DNA from: Patescibacteria group bacterium
GTDB taxonomy: Bacteria > Patescibacteriota > Minisyncoccia > Minisyncoccales > UBA10102
Assembly: GCA_024239055.1 (NCBI GenBank)
Contig: JANBVJ010000002.1
Coordinates: forward strand, 3,874 to 67,873
Length of the DNA stretch: 64,000 bases
Direction: 5' to 3'
Below the pieces are notes generated by a model, which was not told where the DNA came from, ran no database searches, and saw nothing but the letters and a program-made list of their open reading frames with translations. How positions within the stretch are numbered: the first letter of the stretch is position 1; every line of letters starts with the position of its first letter. Below, one piece after another: positions 44,468 to 53,928 of the stretch. A program made the translations under genes and the position numbers.

Positions 44468-45513
44468 TTAAATTCCTCCATAAATCTCATTCTGCTTTCA
44501 AAATCAATTAGAATTTTTCCATCACCAAAGTCTCCTAACTTCTTTTTTAATGCATTTGCTATCTCAGTTTTGTTAAGCATTATCCATGCTTTGTCATTAA
44601 CTGTCTTGGCTTTAAAATCTCTAGTTAATTTAGGATCTTCAATATATCTTATGAAAGTTGAATATCCAATCTTATCTGGATAGTAAGTTATTCGTGTAAT
44701 GTCTTTTGGTGTTATCTGCATGTCCTTGTCAACTCTAATCTCTTGCTCATCAACAAACAATGCGTTTTGTTTTCCACGAATAGGTTCTAGACTCCCTAAA
44801 TCTGAACCACGTTCAAAATCTACTGCTAATACCGGAAAAAAATCCATAGAATAATTTACTTTATTAGCATCCCCTGAATTTCTAATAGAATCTGCATTAT
44901 ACATGATTGAAACTCCTTCATTGAATGTTGCTTTTGCTTGAGATGGATTCATAGTTAATGATACAAAGTCAAAATCTGAATCAAAGTCTGAACCTAAAAT
45001 GCCTTCATCTATGTAGTTATCAATTTCATACATATCTGTCCCACGATAAAATACATTCGTTTTTTTGTACTTCTCATCTGTTAATTTGTTGTAAGCATCA
45101 ACTTCTATCTGCATTTTATTGATAATATCCTTAATCGGTTTATTTTCAGGTTTTTCTATCCAAACTTTCCATATTCTAAGTGAACCATGAAAAACTTCTT
45201 CATCAGTGTATTCTGTAATGGTCATATCAAGCCCATCTAATCCAGAGTTTGAATAATCTATTTGGCTTTGTGGATGTTCGGCATTATACTTGTCAATTAT
45301 ATTAAAAAATCCTGTACTGTGTGTTCCTCTCCCAAATCTTCTTGATATTTTTTCTGAAACGTCAGTTGCAAACTTTGGTGTAATTGTAGTTTGGCTTTGT
45401 CTTTGTAATCTTACTCCCTGAGTTTTTGTAGATGTATCCCTTCGACTACGTACACCTTTGTATTGAGTTATCGGATGAAACTTTCCTTTGGAGTCTTTGA
45501 ATCCACGAGTCAA
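44464..45513 (-). CDS. KGFKD-leader family protein with ADP-ribosyltransferase-like (R-S-ExE) body
   Basis: ORF track 44464..45531. TTG at 45513 (TTGA overlap) gives MTRGFKDSKGKFHPITQYKGVRSRRDTSTKTQGV. Body has VFYRG, FVSLTMN and FVDEQEIRV in ART order. Confidence 0.6.
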   Translation of the reverse strand: MTRGFKDSKGKFHPITQYKGVRSRRDTSTKTQGVRLQRQSQTTITPKFATDVSEKISRRFGRGTHSTGFFNIIDKYNAEHPQSQIDYSNSGLDGLDMTITEYTDEEVFHGSLRIWKVWIEKPENKPIKDIINKMQIEVDAYNKLTDEKYKKTNVFYRGTDMYEIDNYIDEGILGSDFDSDFDFVSLTMNPSQAKATFNEGVSIMYNADSIRNSGDANKVNYSMDFFPVLAVDFERGSDLGSLEPIRGKQNALFVDEQEIRVDKDMQITPKDITRITYYPDKIGYSTFIRYIEDPKLTRDFKAKTVNDKAWIMLNKTEIANALKKKLGDFGDGKILIDFESRMRFMEEFK

Positions 45514-46307
45514 TAGTGTAGTTTCTCCCATAAGTTTACGAGTTTGCTCAAGTTCAAATCATCTATCAGTTTTTTATGATAAGAGTATCCATAAACAATT
45601 TCTGCTACAGCACTGTGTTGTTCATTTGCATACCTTGTCATTGTATCATGACCGTTTTCTTTTAGTTTCTCTTCCATCTCTTGATATGCTTCTGTTGCTT
45701 GATCACTTTCATTATATTCTCCATATTTTTTCTTGTAGTTTTTCCAATCTTCATCATCATCATTCCATTTTCTCCATTTCTCTTCATTATCACGTACATA
45801 ATCATTTACTGGTGGCATTTCGTTAGCAAGTCTATTGAATTCCACAAGTTCTACCCTTCTCCATTTTGTAGATTGATGCCAAAATGTATGACCAATAACT
45901 TCGTGAACAATAAGAGATTTGAAATCATTTGGTGTCATCCTACCATCATCAAAAATTGTTAATTTTTTCTTATCATCATCCCATATACCAACATGTTTTA
46001 CGTGTTCAGAATATTGAATTGTTAGATAATCAATGTGTTTCTTCATTCTCTTTATTGTAAGATCATTATTCCACATTTCTTTAAGTGTCTCAACAATTTC
46101 TTTTCTAGGTGCAGGTTTGCTTCCATGACTCCAACCTCCTGCTGTTGATTCAGCGATGTAAATTCTATTAACGCCTCTAAAACCATAGGTTTGTCTTTTT
46201 CTTTTCAGTCGGATTCCTTGTTGTTCTGGTTCTTCAACTCTTGATTTTCTAACTCCCTTTAACTGAGTTATCGGATGAAATTTTCCATCTCTAGTAAATC
46301 CTTTCAA
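45510..46307 (-). CDS. KGFKD-leader family protein with HExxH (zincin-like) motif
   Basis: TTG start in TTGA overlap; MKGFTRDGKFHPITQLKGVRKSR...GIRLKRK; LIVHEVIGHTFWH. Confidence 0.6.
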   Translation of the reverse strand: MKGFTRDGKFHPITQLKGVRKSRVEEPEQQGIRLKRKRQTYGFRGVNRIYIAESTAGGWSHGSKPAPRKEIVETLKEMWNNDLTIKRMKKHIDYLTIQYSEHVKHVGIWDDDKKKLTIFDDGRMTPNDFKSLIVHEVIGHTFWHQSTKWRRVELVEFNRLANEMPPVNDYVRDNEEKWRKWNDDDEDWKNYKKKYGEYNESDQATEAYQEMEEKLKENGHDTMTRYANEQHSAVAEIVYGYSYHKKLIDDLNLSKLVNLWEKLHY

Positions 46308-47056
46308 TTGAAAATTACCTTGTCAGGAAATATACCTGCTTTTTGTTTTGGAAAATCTAATTGATTAAAGTCACCTATTTTCTGTGCATGTCGATTTTTC
46401 TTTCCAGATTTTTTGTTAAAGTTAACCCACATACCTTGTCCCTGTGTTTCAGTAAACAATGCTCTGGTAGCATCTTTACTATACAATTTTTTATGTTCAA
46501 TGTATGAATTCAGTTCTCCTTCTGGTGTAAATTTTGATTTAGAATTGTAATGTCCGTTGATGTCATGAATTGCACGAAAAACATCATTTACTCTCATTCT
46601 ATCTCCATTTGTGTTTTTGATGTTCGTTAATTGGAACATTGGATGATCCTCTGTACCTTTGTAATCATTATCTGATGGTCTGTATAACAAATTTTTGTTA
46701 TCTTTAACATCTTTGAACATGGCATTAGCATCTTTGTATCCCTCCATCTGGAATTTCATACCTTTCTTTTGTAATTTTCTTGCTTGTTCCAAAGTTTCAT
46801 TGACAAATATCTTATAGGCTTTTTTCACTTGTGGATTATTTGGACTATGTTTTAGATTCTCGTAACCGTTTGCAATGTTTAGACCATAAGCAGGATCTAC
46901 TGTTGGATGTTGTTCAAAGTCCTCAAACTCGTGACTTGCTATCTCCTTTCTTATCCTAACTCCCATTGTTTTTTCTTTCTGATCTCGTGACTTTCTTACT
47001 CCCTTGTGAATTGTTATAGGATGGAACTTGTTGTTTGAATCCTTGAAGCCCTTCAT
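46304..47056 (-). CDS. KGFKD-leader family protein
   Basis: MKGFKDSNNKFHPITIHKGVRKSRDQKEKTMGVRIRK; unique body. Confidence 0.7.
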   Translation of the reverse strand: MKGFKDSNNKFHPITIHKGVRKSRDQKEKTMGVRIRKEIASHEFEDFEQHPTVDPAYGLNIANGYENLKHSPNNPQVKKAYKIFVNETLEQARKLQKKGMKFQMEGYKDANAMFKDVKDNKNLLYRPSDNDYKGTEDHPMFQLTNIKNTNGDRMRVNDVFRAIHDINGHYNSKSKFTPEGELNSYIEHKKLYSKDATRALFTETQGQGMWVNFNKKSGKKNRHAQKIGDFNQLDFPKQKAGIFPDKVIFN

Positions 47057-47748
47057 TTATCCTTACTCCTGTCTCTTGTTTTAAAATCTGTGTTAACTGT
47101 TCCATCTTCGTTGTAACCAATGAATCTACCTTCATCAACTAATTCATTCCAATGTTCAGGACTTGTTATAGGAAAAGAAGCGTAATAATTTCCATGCTTA
47201 TCAGTGTAATCACCAAGCATCCAAATTCCTCTCACTTTTGTATCGTTGAAACGTAACTTTTCTACAGTGAAATAATTTTGTTCTTCTGGATCAATGTAAA
47301 ACATTAGTGGCTTACCAACTTTCTTTACTAAGGAAACTGCTTGGTCTTTTGTTAATGATGCCTCCTTTCTATATTTTTTAAAATTTGTTACTCTTTCCAT
47401 TACATAATCAATATCTTTTTGTTTACCTTCTTTAGAATGATAATGTAAAACAAGATCCTTTTCTCCTTTTACTTTTTCATAACTTGCTTTTGCACCTGAT
47501 GGAAGTGTGAATATTTTTCCTGCCACATGCCTTTGAGGTTTTTCTTTAATTATAGATTCAATTGGTTCACCTTTTTTTGTTGCATCAATTATGTGGGTAA
47601 TTCTTTCAACTAACTGTTCTTCTGGTTCTCTTGCTTTTCTTATCCTAACTCCCCTTGTTTTTTCTTCCTGATCTCGTGACTTTCTTGTTCCCTTCTTGTA
47701 GTCTGTTATCGGATGGAACTTGTTGTTAGAATCTTTGAATCCCTTCAT
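47053..47748 (-). CDS. KGFKD-leader family protein
   Basis: ORF track 47053..47835. Internal ATG at 47748 makes an ATGA overlap with 47745..48653 and gives MKGFKDSNNKFHPITDYKKGTRKSRDQEEKTRGVRIRK. Confidence 0.7.
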   Translation of the reverse strand: MKGFKDSNNKFHPITDYKKGTRKSRDQEEKTRGVRIRKAREPEEQLVERITHIIDATKKGEPIESIIKEKPQRHVAGKIFTLPSGAKASYEKVKGEKDLVLHYHSKEGKQKDIDYVMERVTNFKKYRKEASLTKDQAVSLVKKVGKPLMFYIDPEEQNYFTVEKLRFNDTKVRGIWMLGDYTDKHGNYYASFPITSPEHWNELVDEGRFIGYNEDGTVNTDFKTRDRSKDK

Positions 47749-48653
47749 CTTAGTCCAACTCTTCTTCTCGCTTCCTGTGCTGGTACTCCTTGTTTCACTA
47801 ATTCCATTGCTCTGTGTACATCCGTACTTGGACACTTGCCTCTAGTTAATCCACCAGCACAAATTGGACATAACTTAATTTTAGTTTCTAATTTTCCTTT
47901 ACCAACTGCCTCATAAGGTTCATACCATTTCTGTCTTGGATCATCACATGTAATTATTCTAAGTCTATCTTCATTTCTTACTGTTCTTCTTTCATCAACA
48001 AACTGTCCACCTGCTCCATCAATTATTGTTCCATCTGCAAGTCTGAACCATTCATGAGTCACCTCTTTGTTTACTTTATCATAATCAACACTATTTTCTA
48101 CACCTTCCCCTGTGTAATGTCCTTGTTCTGCAACACCTACACTTTTACCATATTTTTTAAAGATTAAATTTTCTATTTCCTCTGTTACTGCTCCACAAAA
48201 TTCTTCAACCTGACCACTTCTTTGTCCAGTTCTTTCTGCAAAGCCTTCCGGTCTATTCAGATTTCCATCTCCACCTAAGAAACATCCCTTGCGTTTTGCA
48301 GTTCTTTTTAGGATCTTCTGGAAATTATCTTCTACATCTGCAATAATCTCAAATGATTGCAGTTCAGTAGGTGTCATCTCTAGAAGTTTTTTTCTATATC
48401 TTTTCATCCTTGCCTTTGTAACCATTCCTTCAAGTCGCTTTGGATAATTTTTCATGTGCTTTTGGCACATATACTCTCCACACATTCCACAGTATTGTGT
48501 ATCTTTTGAATTGCAGAAATAACATTTGTGACCGGATCTTTCTTTTCTTAGAACTCCCTGAGTTTTTTGAGATGTATCCCTTCGACTACGTACACCTTTG
48601 GTTTGAGAAATTGGATGAAACTTACCAGTGCCATCTTTGAAGCCTTTGACCAT
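47745..48653 (-). CDS. KGFKD-leader family protein with Cys-cluster body (operon-leading MVKGFKD type)
   Basis: MVKGFKDGTGKFHPISQTKGVRSRRDTSQKTQGV; CYFCNSKDTQYCGMCGEYMCQKH and CPICAGGLTRGKC; conserved promoter upstream. Confidence 0.7.
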   Translation of the reverse strand: MVKGFKDGTGKFHPISQTKGVRSRRDTSQKTQGVLRKERSGHKCYFCNSKDTQYCGMCGEYMCQKHMKNYPKRLEGMVTKARMKRYRKKLLEMTPTELQSFEIIADVEDNFQKILKRTAKRKGCFLGGDGNLNRPEGFAERTGQRSGQVEEFCGAVTEEIENLIFKKYGKSVGVAEQGHYTGEGVENSVDYDKVNKEVTHEWFRLADGTIIDGAGGQFVDERRTVRNEDRLRIITCDDPRQKWYEPYEAVGKGKLETKIKLCPICAGGLTRGKCPSTDVHRAMELVKQGVPAQEARRRVGLR

Positions 48654-48690
48654 TCTACTCTAAAATAGAATCGATCTAATATGCATTAAA
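48654..48690 (-). promoter_or_regulatory. conserved promoter of MVKGFKD-type operon-leading gene
   Basis: Coding strand reads CTTTAATGCATATTAG-N7-CTATTTTAGAGTAGA-ATG. The last 15 nt are identical to those at 58903-58917. Confidence 0.55.
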
Positions 48691-48706
48691 GCCGATTGAC
48701 TTATAA

Positions 48707-48934
48707 TTATGCAGAAATTGGTTTGGTTTTATTTATCTGAGAATCTATGAATTCGTTCTCAGCATTTACCCTTTTTAATACATCAGCAGGAACGCAATCT
48801 CTTTTCATGAATCCTTTGTCAAGAAGATAGATTATCACTGGAATGCTGAAAATCTTATTCTCAATCAAATCTGGTGCAAAATTATTAGGAATATTTTGTT
48901 CTGTATCCCTGTGTTTGTACCTGTATTCGTACAT
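48707..48934 (-). CDS. hypothetical protein (non-family gene between the two array operons)
   Basis: 75-aa ORF; TATA-like CCTTTAATAACTAC about 25 nt upstream of the ATG. Confidence 0.4.
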   Translation of the reverse strand: MYEYRYKHRDTEQNIPNNFAPDLIENKIFSIPVIIYLLDKGFMKRDCVPADVLKRVNAENEFIDSQINKTKPISA

Positions 48935-48980
48935 GAAAAATCTACTTTTTTGTAGTTATTAAAGGATTGTAAGGTAAGTT

Positions 48981-49585
48981 TTACAAAACAGGTTTAGAAC
49001 CCTGCTTTGGAATTTTTACATCTGGTAATCGTACTGGTTTGATACCTCCTTTTTGAGAAATACCAATAATTATTTCTTGAACTTGATTTTTTGCTCTTCT
49101 TATTGCATCTTCTTCTGTAGTAGAAATTGGATATGAAACGTCAAGAAATTGTTTTCCATCTTTTGATTTGTATCCACCAAAAAATGGATGTCTGCCTTTG
49201 TTATCTTGATCAATGTAATTTGATTCTAGTAGTCTAATTCCTATAGCATCAAGTGACTTTGTAGTATTATTAGAGGAACCTATTACCCAAACTCTCTCTG
49301 TATTCTTTTTTGGTTCAAAGAATTTTTTGAAAAATCTTTTGTTTTGTTCCCTTTCTTTGAATAGATAAGCAATATTATCTTCTGGATCATAAGTAAAATC
49401 AGTTTCAGTATTTGTTTCTAAAAAATCTTGAAACCTTTCTATTGCAACTCCAAAATCTAATGCTTTTCTAATTCGTTTCTTTCTTAGAATTATTCCAGTA
49501 GTTGTAACACTACTTCGTTTTTTTTTATTCCTTTGTAATTTCTTATCGGATGAAACTTGTTGTTAGAGTCCTTGAAGCCCTTCAT
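48981..49585 (-). pseudogene. KGFKD-leader family member interrupted by a frameshift at an A9 (plus-strand T9) run
   Basis: ATG 49585 (ATGA overlap) gives MKGFKDSNNKFHPIRNYKGIKK, then stops after 28 codons. Adding one A in the run 49518-49526 opens a frame with no ATG (...KRSSVTTTGIILRKKR... to TAA at 48981-48983), so it is absent from the ORF track. Confidence 0.6.
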
Positions 49586-50271
49586 CGTGATTTACCGAAT
49601 GCTGGAAGTGGTTTATTTTTTGTTAACATTTTAAGTGAATCCCAACCAGTGTTACCCATTCCATTCCAAGCAGAGTCTAAGAAGAATCCAATCATACCTG
49701 CATAAGCAGGTGCTTTATCTGCAAGTCTTTGTACAAGTTCTTTTGGATCTGCACCTGATTCATCACTTCCTAATCTTATCCCACCATAACTTGACATCAC
49801 ATCTGCTACCCAACTAAATCCATCTTTGCCTGCACCAGTATTCTCTTCTAACTCTTTAACAGTCCATGCGTTTTGACTTGCTACATCTTCTTTAATTTTT
49901 GGATGAATGTATCTCCATTGTGGCATTAGAATTACTTCTGCAACATATTTTTTATCTGGTTCAAAGTCGTCACCTGTAGCCTCTTCCATATTGATTAGGT
50001 TGACGTAAATATTACTTGGAATTCTTCTTGTAATCATTGGTTCAGCAACTACATCTATTACTCTGTGAAGTGATCCATCATCTGCATTTCCACTAGGATT
50101 TGAAACAATTTCAGTTGGAGTTTTCAATCCTTTTGGACTACTTGCAACTGTTAATCTTTGTTTTCTGATTTTAGTTCCTTGAGTTTTTGCATTCTGGTCT
50201 CTGGACATTCTTGTTCCCTTTTTGTAGTCTGTGTGAGGATGAAATTTCCCCTTTTCCATGTGACCTTTCAT
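49582..50271 (-). CDS. KGFKD-leader family protein (KGHMEKGKFHPHT variant)
   Basis: MKGHMEKGKFHPHTDYKKGTRMSRDQNAKTQGTKIRKQR. Confidence 0.7.
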   Translation of the reverse strand: MKGHMEKGKFHPHTDYKKGTRMSRDQNAKTQGTKIRKQRLTVASSPKGLKTPTEIVSNPSGNADDGSLHRVIDVVAEPMITRRIPSNIYVNLINMEEATGDDFEPDKKYVAEVILMPQWRYIHPKIKEDVASQNAWTVKELEENTGAGKDGFSWVADVMSSYGGIRLGSDESGADPKELVQRLADKAPAYAGMIGFFLDSAWNGMGNTGWDSLKMLTKNKPLPAFGKSR

Positions 50272-51020
50272 GCTATTGAACCATCCTCATTAAAGTCGTA
50301 TTCATTTGAAATCAAAGTTTCTTTCACTGCTTCATCTGAAAATTGATAATCATAAGAATCACTTAATGATCTCAAAGCATCGTTCATCATATCATCCCAT
50401 TTTTCTGAGGCTTTAATGAGAATATTGAATTCTTTTTCAGTTAATGGTTTTGCTTCTCCTGAATATTGTGCTTCTGCATACAATGGTTCTTTGTAATCAC
50501 TATAACTTTCATCTATGTCTATTTCTCCATTCCATTCATAATCTAGAAACTCTATCTTTGTGGTGTTTTCTCTTTCACTTTTGAATCTAAAGTCAATTTT
50601 TCTTCTTAAAGATTCAGGAATACCAAGCATTTTAGCAAGTTTTTTATCATCTTTGATTTCTAATTCTGGAAACTGAATGAAATGTCCTCTGTCAAAATCA
50701 TAATATTTTTTGCTATATTTTGAGAAAACATCATAATCTGCTAACTTTGTTTTTTTGTCATAGATTAATCCATCATACTCTGCCCAAAAATTATCAAAGT
50801 CTACATTTATGTCACGATTTTCTTCAAGAATTTTTTCCTGTAAATCTTCTGGTGCATCCTCAAATTTCCAAACTTTGAATTCAAGTTTTTTTATTCTAGA
50901 ACCATCAGTTCTTTTCATTCTTACTCCTTCTAACTTTGCAGATTGATCTCGTGACTTTCTTGTTCCCTTCTTGTATTGTGTGTGTGGATGAAAACCATCC
51001 TTTTCCATGTGACCTTTCAA
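50268..51020 (-). CDS. KGFKD-leader family protein (KGH variant), acidic body
   Basis: MKGHMEKDGFHPHTQYKKGTRKSRDQSAKLEGVRMKR; D/E-rich C-terminal body. Confidence 0.7.
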   Translation of the reverse strand: MKGHMEKDGFHPHTQYKKGTRKSRDQSAKLEGVRMKRTDGSRIKKLEFKVWKFEDAPEDLQEKILEENRDINVDFDNFWAEYDGLIYDKKTKLADYDVFSKYSKKYYDFDRGHFIQFPELEIKDDKKLAKMLGIPESLRRKIDFRFKSERENTTKIEFLDYEWNGEIDIDESYSDYKEPLYAEAQYSGEAKPLTEKEFNILIKASEKWDDMMNDALRSLSDSYDYQFSDEAVKETLISNEYDFNEDGSIA

Positions 51021-51895
51021 TTGAATTTCCTCACTACAGTATCACCAACTTTTACATCTCTTGCTAATCTCTGTTGACTTCCCTCAGTAACTTGCTTTTC
51101 CATTCTTTGTTCTCTGGTTGGCTTTAATTCTCCTTCCTTCTTTAGTTTCTCCACTGCATTAACAATTGCATCACGTACCTTTGCTTCTGCTCCTAAGACA
51201 TAATACTCTGCAATATTATAAGTGAAGGTTTCATCTTTCATCTTATCGAAGAATTCTTGGTATGTATTGCTGTCATTGATAAATTCCTTCATTTCTTTTT
51301 TTATCTCTTCACCATGCTCTTCTTCAAAGTCCTCAAACTCGTATCTGTAATCACTATTCCATAGTTCATCAGAAATTTTTTCTATTTGTTCTTCGTTATA
51401 CTCATCTTCCATTTCTTCTAACTCTTCATTTGCTATTGCTCCCTCATCAATGTCTTGATTGAAATGCCATCTAGTGTTGTCACCAGAAATTTCATACAAC
51501 CAACTTCCACCACTCTTTATTTTGCTCATGAGTAGTGGTTTTAATTTATTGAATGTGATTCCTAGACCTTCCATAGATTCAATGAACTCTTCATCGATTT
51601 GACTTTTGTTTACTCTAACCAAGTATCCAATGATGTCATTCTCATCTCCATCCCAATGCCAACCTGCATCAGACCAGTTACCAAGTCTTAACCTACTAAT
51701 CTTACCACCTGTAGTTTCAAATCCCCAATAGTTTTCTGATACACTAACATCCTTTAGTTTTGAACCTGTGATTACTCTTGCTTTTCTTTCAACTTTAACT
51801 CCCTGTATCTTTGCTTGCTGATCTCTTGACTTTCTTACTCCCTTCTTGTAGTCAGTGTGAGGATGGAACTTTCCATCTTGCATGTGTCCTTTCAT
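51017..51895 (-). CDS. KGFKD-leader family protein (KGH variant), highly acidic body
   Basis: MKGHMQDGKFHPHTDYKKGVRKSRDQQAKIQGVKVERKAR; stretches such as EELEEMEDEYNEEQ and EFEDFEEEHGEE. Confidence 0.7.
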   Translation of the reverse strand: MKGHMQDGKFHPHTDYKKGVRKSRDQQAKIQGVKVERKARVITGSKLKDVSVSENYWGFETTGGKISRLRLGNWSDAGWHWDGDENDIIGYLVRVNKSQIDEEFIESMEGLGITFNKLKPLLMSKIKSGGSWLYEISGDNTRWHFNQDIDEGAIANEELEEMEDEYNEEQIEKISDELWNSDYRYEFEDFEEEHGEEIKKEMKEFINDSNTYQEFFDKMKDETFTYNIAEYYVLGAEAKVRDAIVNAVEKLKKEGELKPTREQRMEKQVTEGSQQRLARDVKVGDTVVRKFN

Positions 51896-52425
51896 TCTCT
51901 ATATGTAGCCTCTATTGTTGCAATCAGTCCTTCAAACATAGAATCTTCATACAAGTCAAGTAAACCAATTAACCATTCATCATATTCTTTTTCTGCAAAG
52001 TCAGAGTCAGTTTCAATTCTTTTTGTAAGTTTTTTATCGCTTGTATCAAACCAATCGTCATTAGAAAATGCTTCTTGATATTCAACACTACCAACTCCTT
52101 TGTAAAATGCAGTTATTGTAAAGTATTCTGAATCAGATGTTCCATGTGATCCTGAATATGTTACATCAACATCCCATGTTACATTCTTTAATCTCTGTAA
52201 GTCTGGACTCCATTGATTTTCATTTAATCCTTCAAGTAGGGATTTTTTCAATCTGTCTATTGCCATGTCAAAATTAGTTTCTTCTGCAATTGCTGATTTC
52301 TTTCTTATTCTACTTTCAATCTTAACTCCTGTTGACTTTGTAGATTGATCTCTTGACTTTCTTGTTCCCTTCTTGTTATTTGATATTGGATGGAACTTGT
52401 TGTTGGAATCCTTGAAGCCTTTCAT
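51892..52425 (-). CDS. KGFKD-leader family protein
   Basis: MKGFKDSNNKFHPISNNKKGTRKSRDQSTKSTGVKIESRIRK. Confidence 0.7.
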   Translation of the reverse strand: MKGFKDSNNKFHPISNNKKGTRKSRDQSTKSTGVKIESRIRKKSAIAEETNFDMAIDRLKKSLLEGLNENQWSPDLQRLKNVTWDVDVTYSGSHGTSDSEYFTITAFYKGVGSVEYQEAFSNDDWFDTSDKKLTKRIETDSDFAEKEYDEWLIGLLDLYEDSMFEGLIATIEATYRE

Positions 52426-53057
52426 GATCGTTTATCTTCCCATTCCCATTGTTTAGTCCAGTAAACTTTCTTTGCTTCATCTAAATTATTTGCTTCAATA
52501 GTAACAAATTCATCTGAATTATTGAAAGCATCAGTGGTGTTTTTAAAATGTTTTATCTTATCATCTCTTGAACTATATCCCAAAACAAAACTTTTTTTAT
52601 CTTTTTTGTATCTGAAATCTTTCATAGCAGTTCCCTGAACAACAGGATAACCAATCTGGTTTTGCATTCTGTTTGGATCTTTATTCCATACTATGATAAA
52701 GTCATCAACTGCCTGACCATAACTATCTGCCATTACAACTGTATCTGATCCTTTTACTTTTTTGTGTTTTTTCATATCAGTTACATGCATGATGTATGGT
52801 TTTCTTCTATTGTTAGTGTTCACATGTGTATCGTATGTTGGTATTCCATTTCGCTTTGCTCGCAATACAACTTGGTTTAATGCCTTTGAGAATGTGGCAG
52901 GGACACCTCTGTTAAGGAGTTTGATCTGTTCTTTGTTTACTTTGGCAATAGAACTTGGTTGAAGTGATACAGACCTAACTGAAACTCCCCTCTTTGGTTT
53001 TATTGGAAATGATTTTCTATTCTTACCTTTGCCTTTTGAAATATATCTAACTGCCAT
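52422..53057 (-). CDS. degenerate KGFKD-leader family member
   Basis: MAVRYISKGKGKNRKSFPIKPKRGVSVRS keeps the KG...K.F(H)PI..K.GV spacing only. Confidence 0.55.
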   Translation of the reverse strand: MAVRYISKGKGKNRKSFPIKPKRGVSVRSVSLQPSSIAKVNKEQIKLLNRGVPATFSKALNQVVLRAKRNGIPTYDTHVNTNNRRKPYIMHVTDMKKHKKVKGSDTVVMADSYGQAVDDFIIVWNKDPNRMQNQIGYPVVQGTAMKDFRYKKDKKSFVLGYSSRDDKIKHFKNTTDAFNNSDEFVTIEANNLDEAKKVYWTKQWEWEDKRS

Positions 53058-53926
53058 TATGATCTCCTATGAATTTTCTTGTGTTTACTTAATTCCTCAG
53101 CAGATCTATAAAACTTTCCACAATTATCGCATAGCCCAAAGTCTATACTTGCAGGATTTTTGTTTGGATCATCAAAGTATTTGTCTTTGATAAGGTCTTG
53201 GGAAAGAACTATTCCTTGTTTCCGTAATTCGTCAAAGAATAATGTAGCATCTCTATCCTCTTCTAAAAATACACTATCACCTTCTCTCTTTGAAGAACCA
53301 GAAATTTTATCTTCAATTCCTAAATCTTTTAACATTTCTTTGCTTACTTCGTAATATCCATGAGAAGGATCTTCGTAGAATGTTATTGGTGATGCTAATA
53401 CATTTTTAGTAAGTTCTCTTTTCTTTCTTGTATCTTCCTTTTCTCCAAATGCAACCTTGCCTGATGCCATTGTAATGTAACCTGAAATCATTGGATGATC
53501 TACTTCTACAAACTCTCCTGTTACTTCATCATCAACTTCGATTTTGTTTTCTTTGATGAATTCTTCTTGGTGATCAATGCTATCAAACTCAAACCATTCT
53601 TCTCCGTTTGCAAACCTTACTGATGTAACTGGTCTGCCATCCATCATTTCATGTTTTACTTTAACAATTTCTGAACCAACTGCATTTTCCCACTCCATTT
53701 GTTCCGTAACTGACATGTCGATTGGCATCTCATGATGTGGCATTTCCATTTCCTGTTCTTTTCTATCTCTAACTTTTACATCCCTTTGCATCTGGATTAA
53801 TTTTGCTTGAGGAATTTTTACTCCATCTCTTTTTACATCAAATGGTTCTTCTCGTTTTTTTCTAGGCTTTGCTTTGTAAGTTGTAATTGGATGGAACTTG
53901 TTGTTTGAATCTTTGAAACCTTTCAT
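53057..53926 (-). CDS. KGFKD-leader family protein with C-terminal C2H2 finger
   Basis: MKGFKDSNNKFHPITTYKAKPRKKRE; CDNCGKFYRSAEELSKHKKIH. Confidence 0.7.
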   Translation of the reverse strand: MKGFKDSNNKFHPITTYKAKPRKKREEPFDVKRDGVKIPQAKLIQMQRDVKVRDRKEQEMEMPHHEMPIDMSVTEQMEWENAVGSEIVKVKHEMMDGRPVTSVRFANGEEWFEFDSIDHQEEFIKENKIEVDDEVTGEFVEVDHPMISGYITMASGKVAFGEKEDTRKKRELTKNVLASPITFYEDPSHGYYEVSKEMLKDLGIEDKISGSSKREGDSVFLEEDRDATLFFDELRKQGIVLSQDLIKDKYFDDPNKNPASIDFGLCDNCGKFYRSAEELSKHKKIHRRS

Positions 53927-53928
53927 TT

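Noticed and set aside
45444-45454. GACTACGTACA at 45444 and 48584, resembling the GACACGTACA motif
   Set aside because: Both lie in the homologous leader segment (KGVRSRRDTS) of two paralogues and differ in the core. The similarity is explained by shared coding sequence rather than an independent regulatory copy.
47749-47835. N-terminal extensions of tracked ORFs 47053..47835, 57315..57962, 57944..58309 and 44464..45531
   Set aside because: Internal starts reproduce the family N-terminus exactly and create ATGA, TAATG or TTGA coupling with the upstream stop. The extensions overlap the upstream gene and are not conserved.
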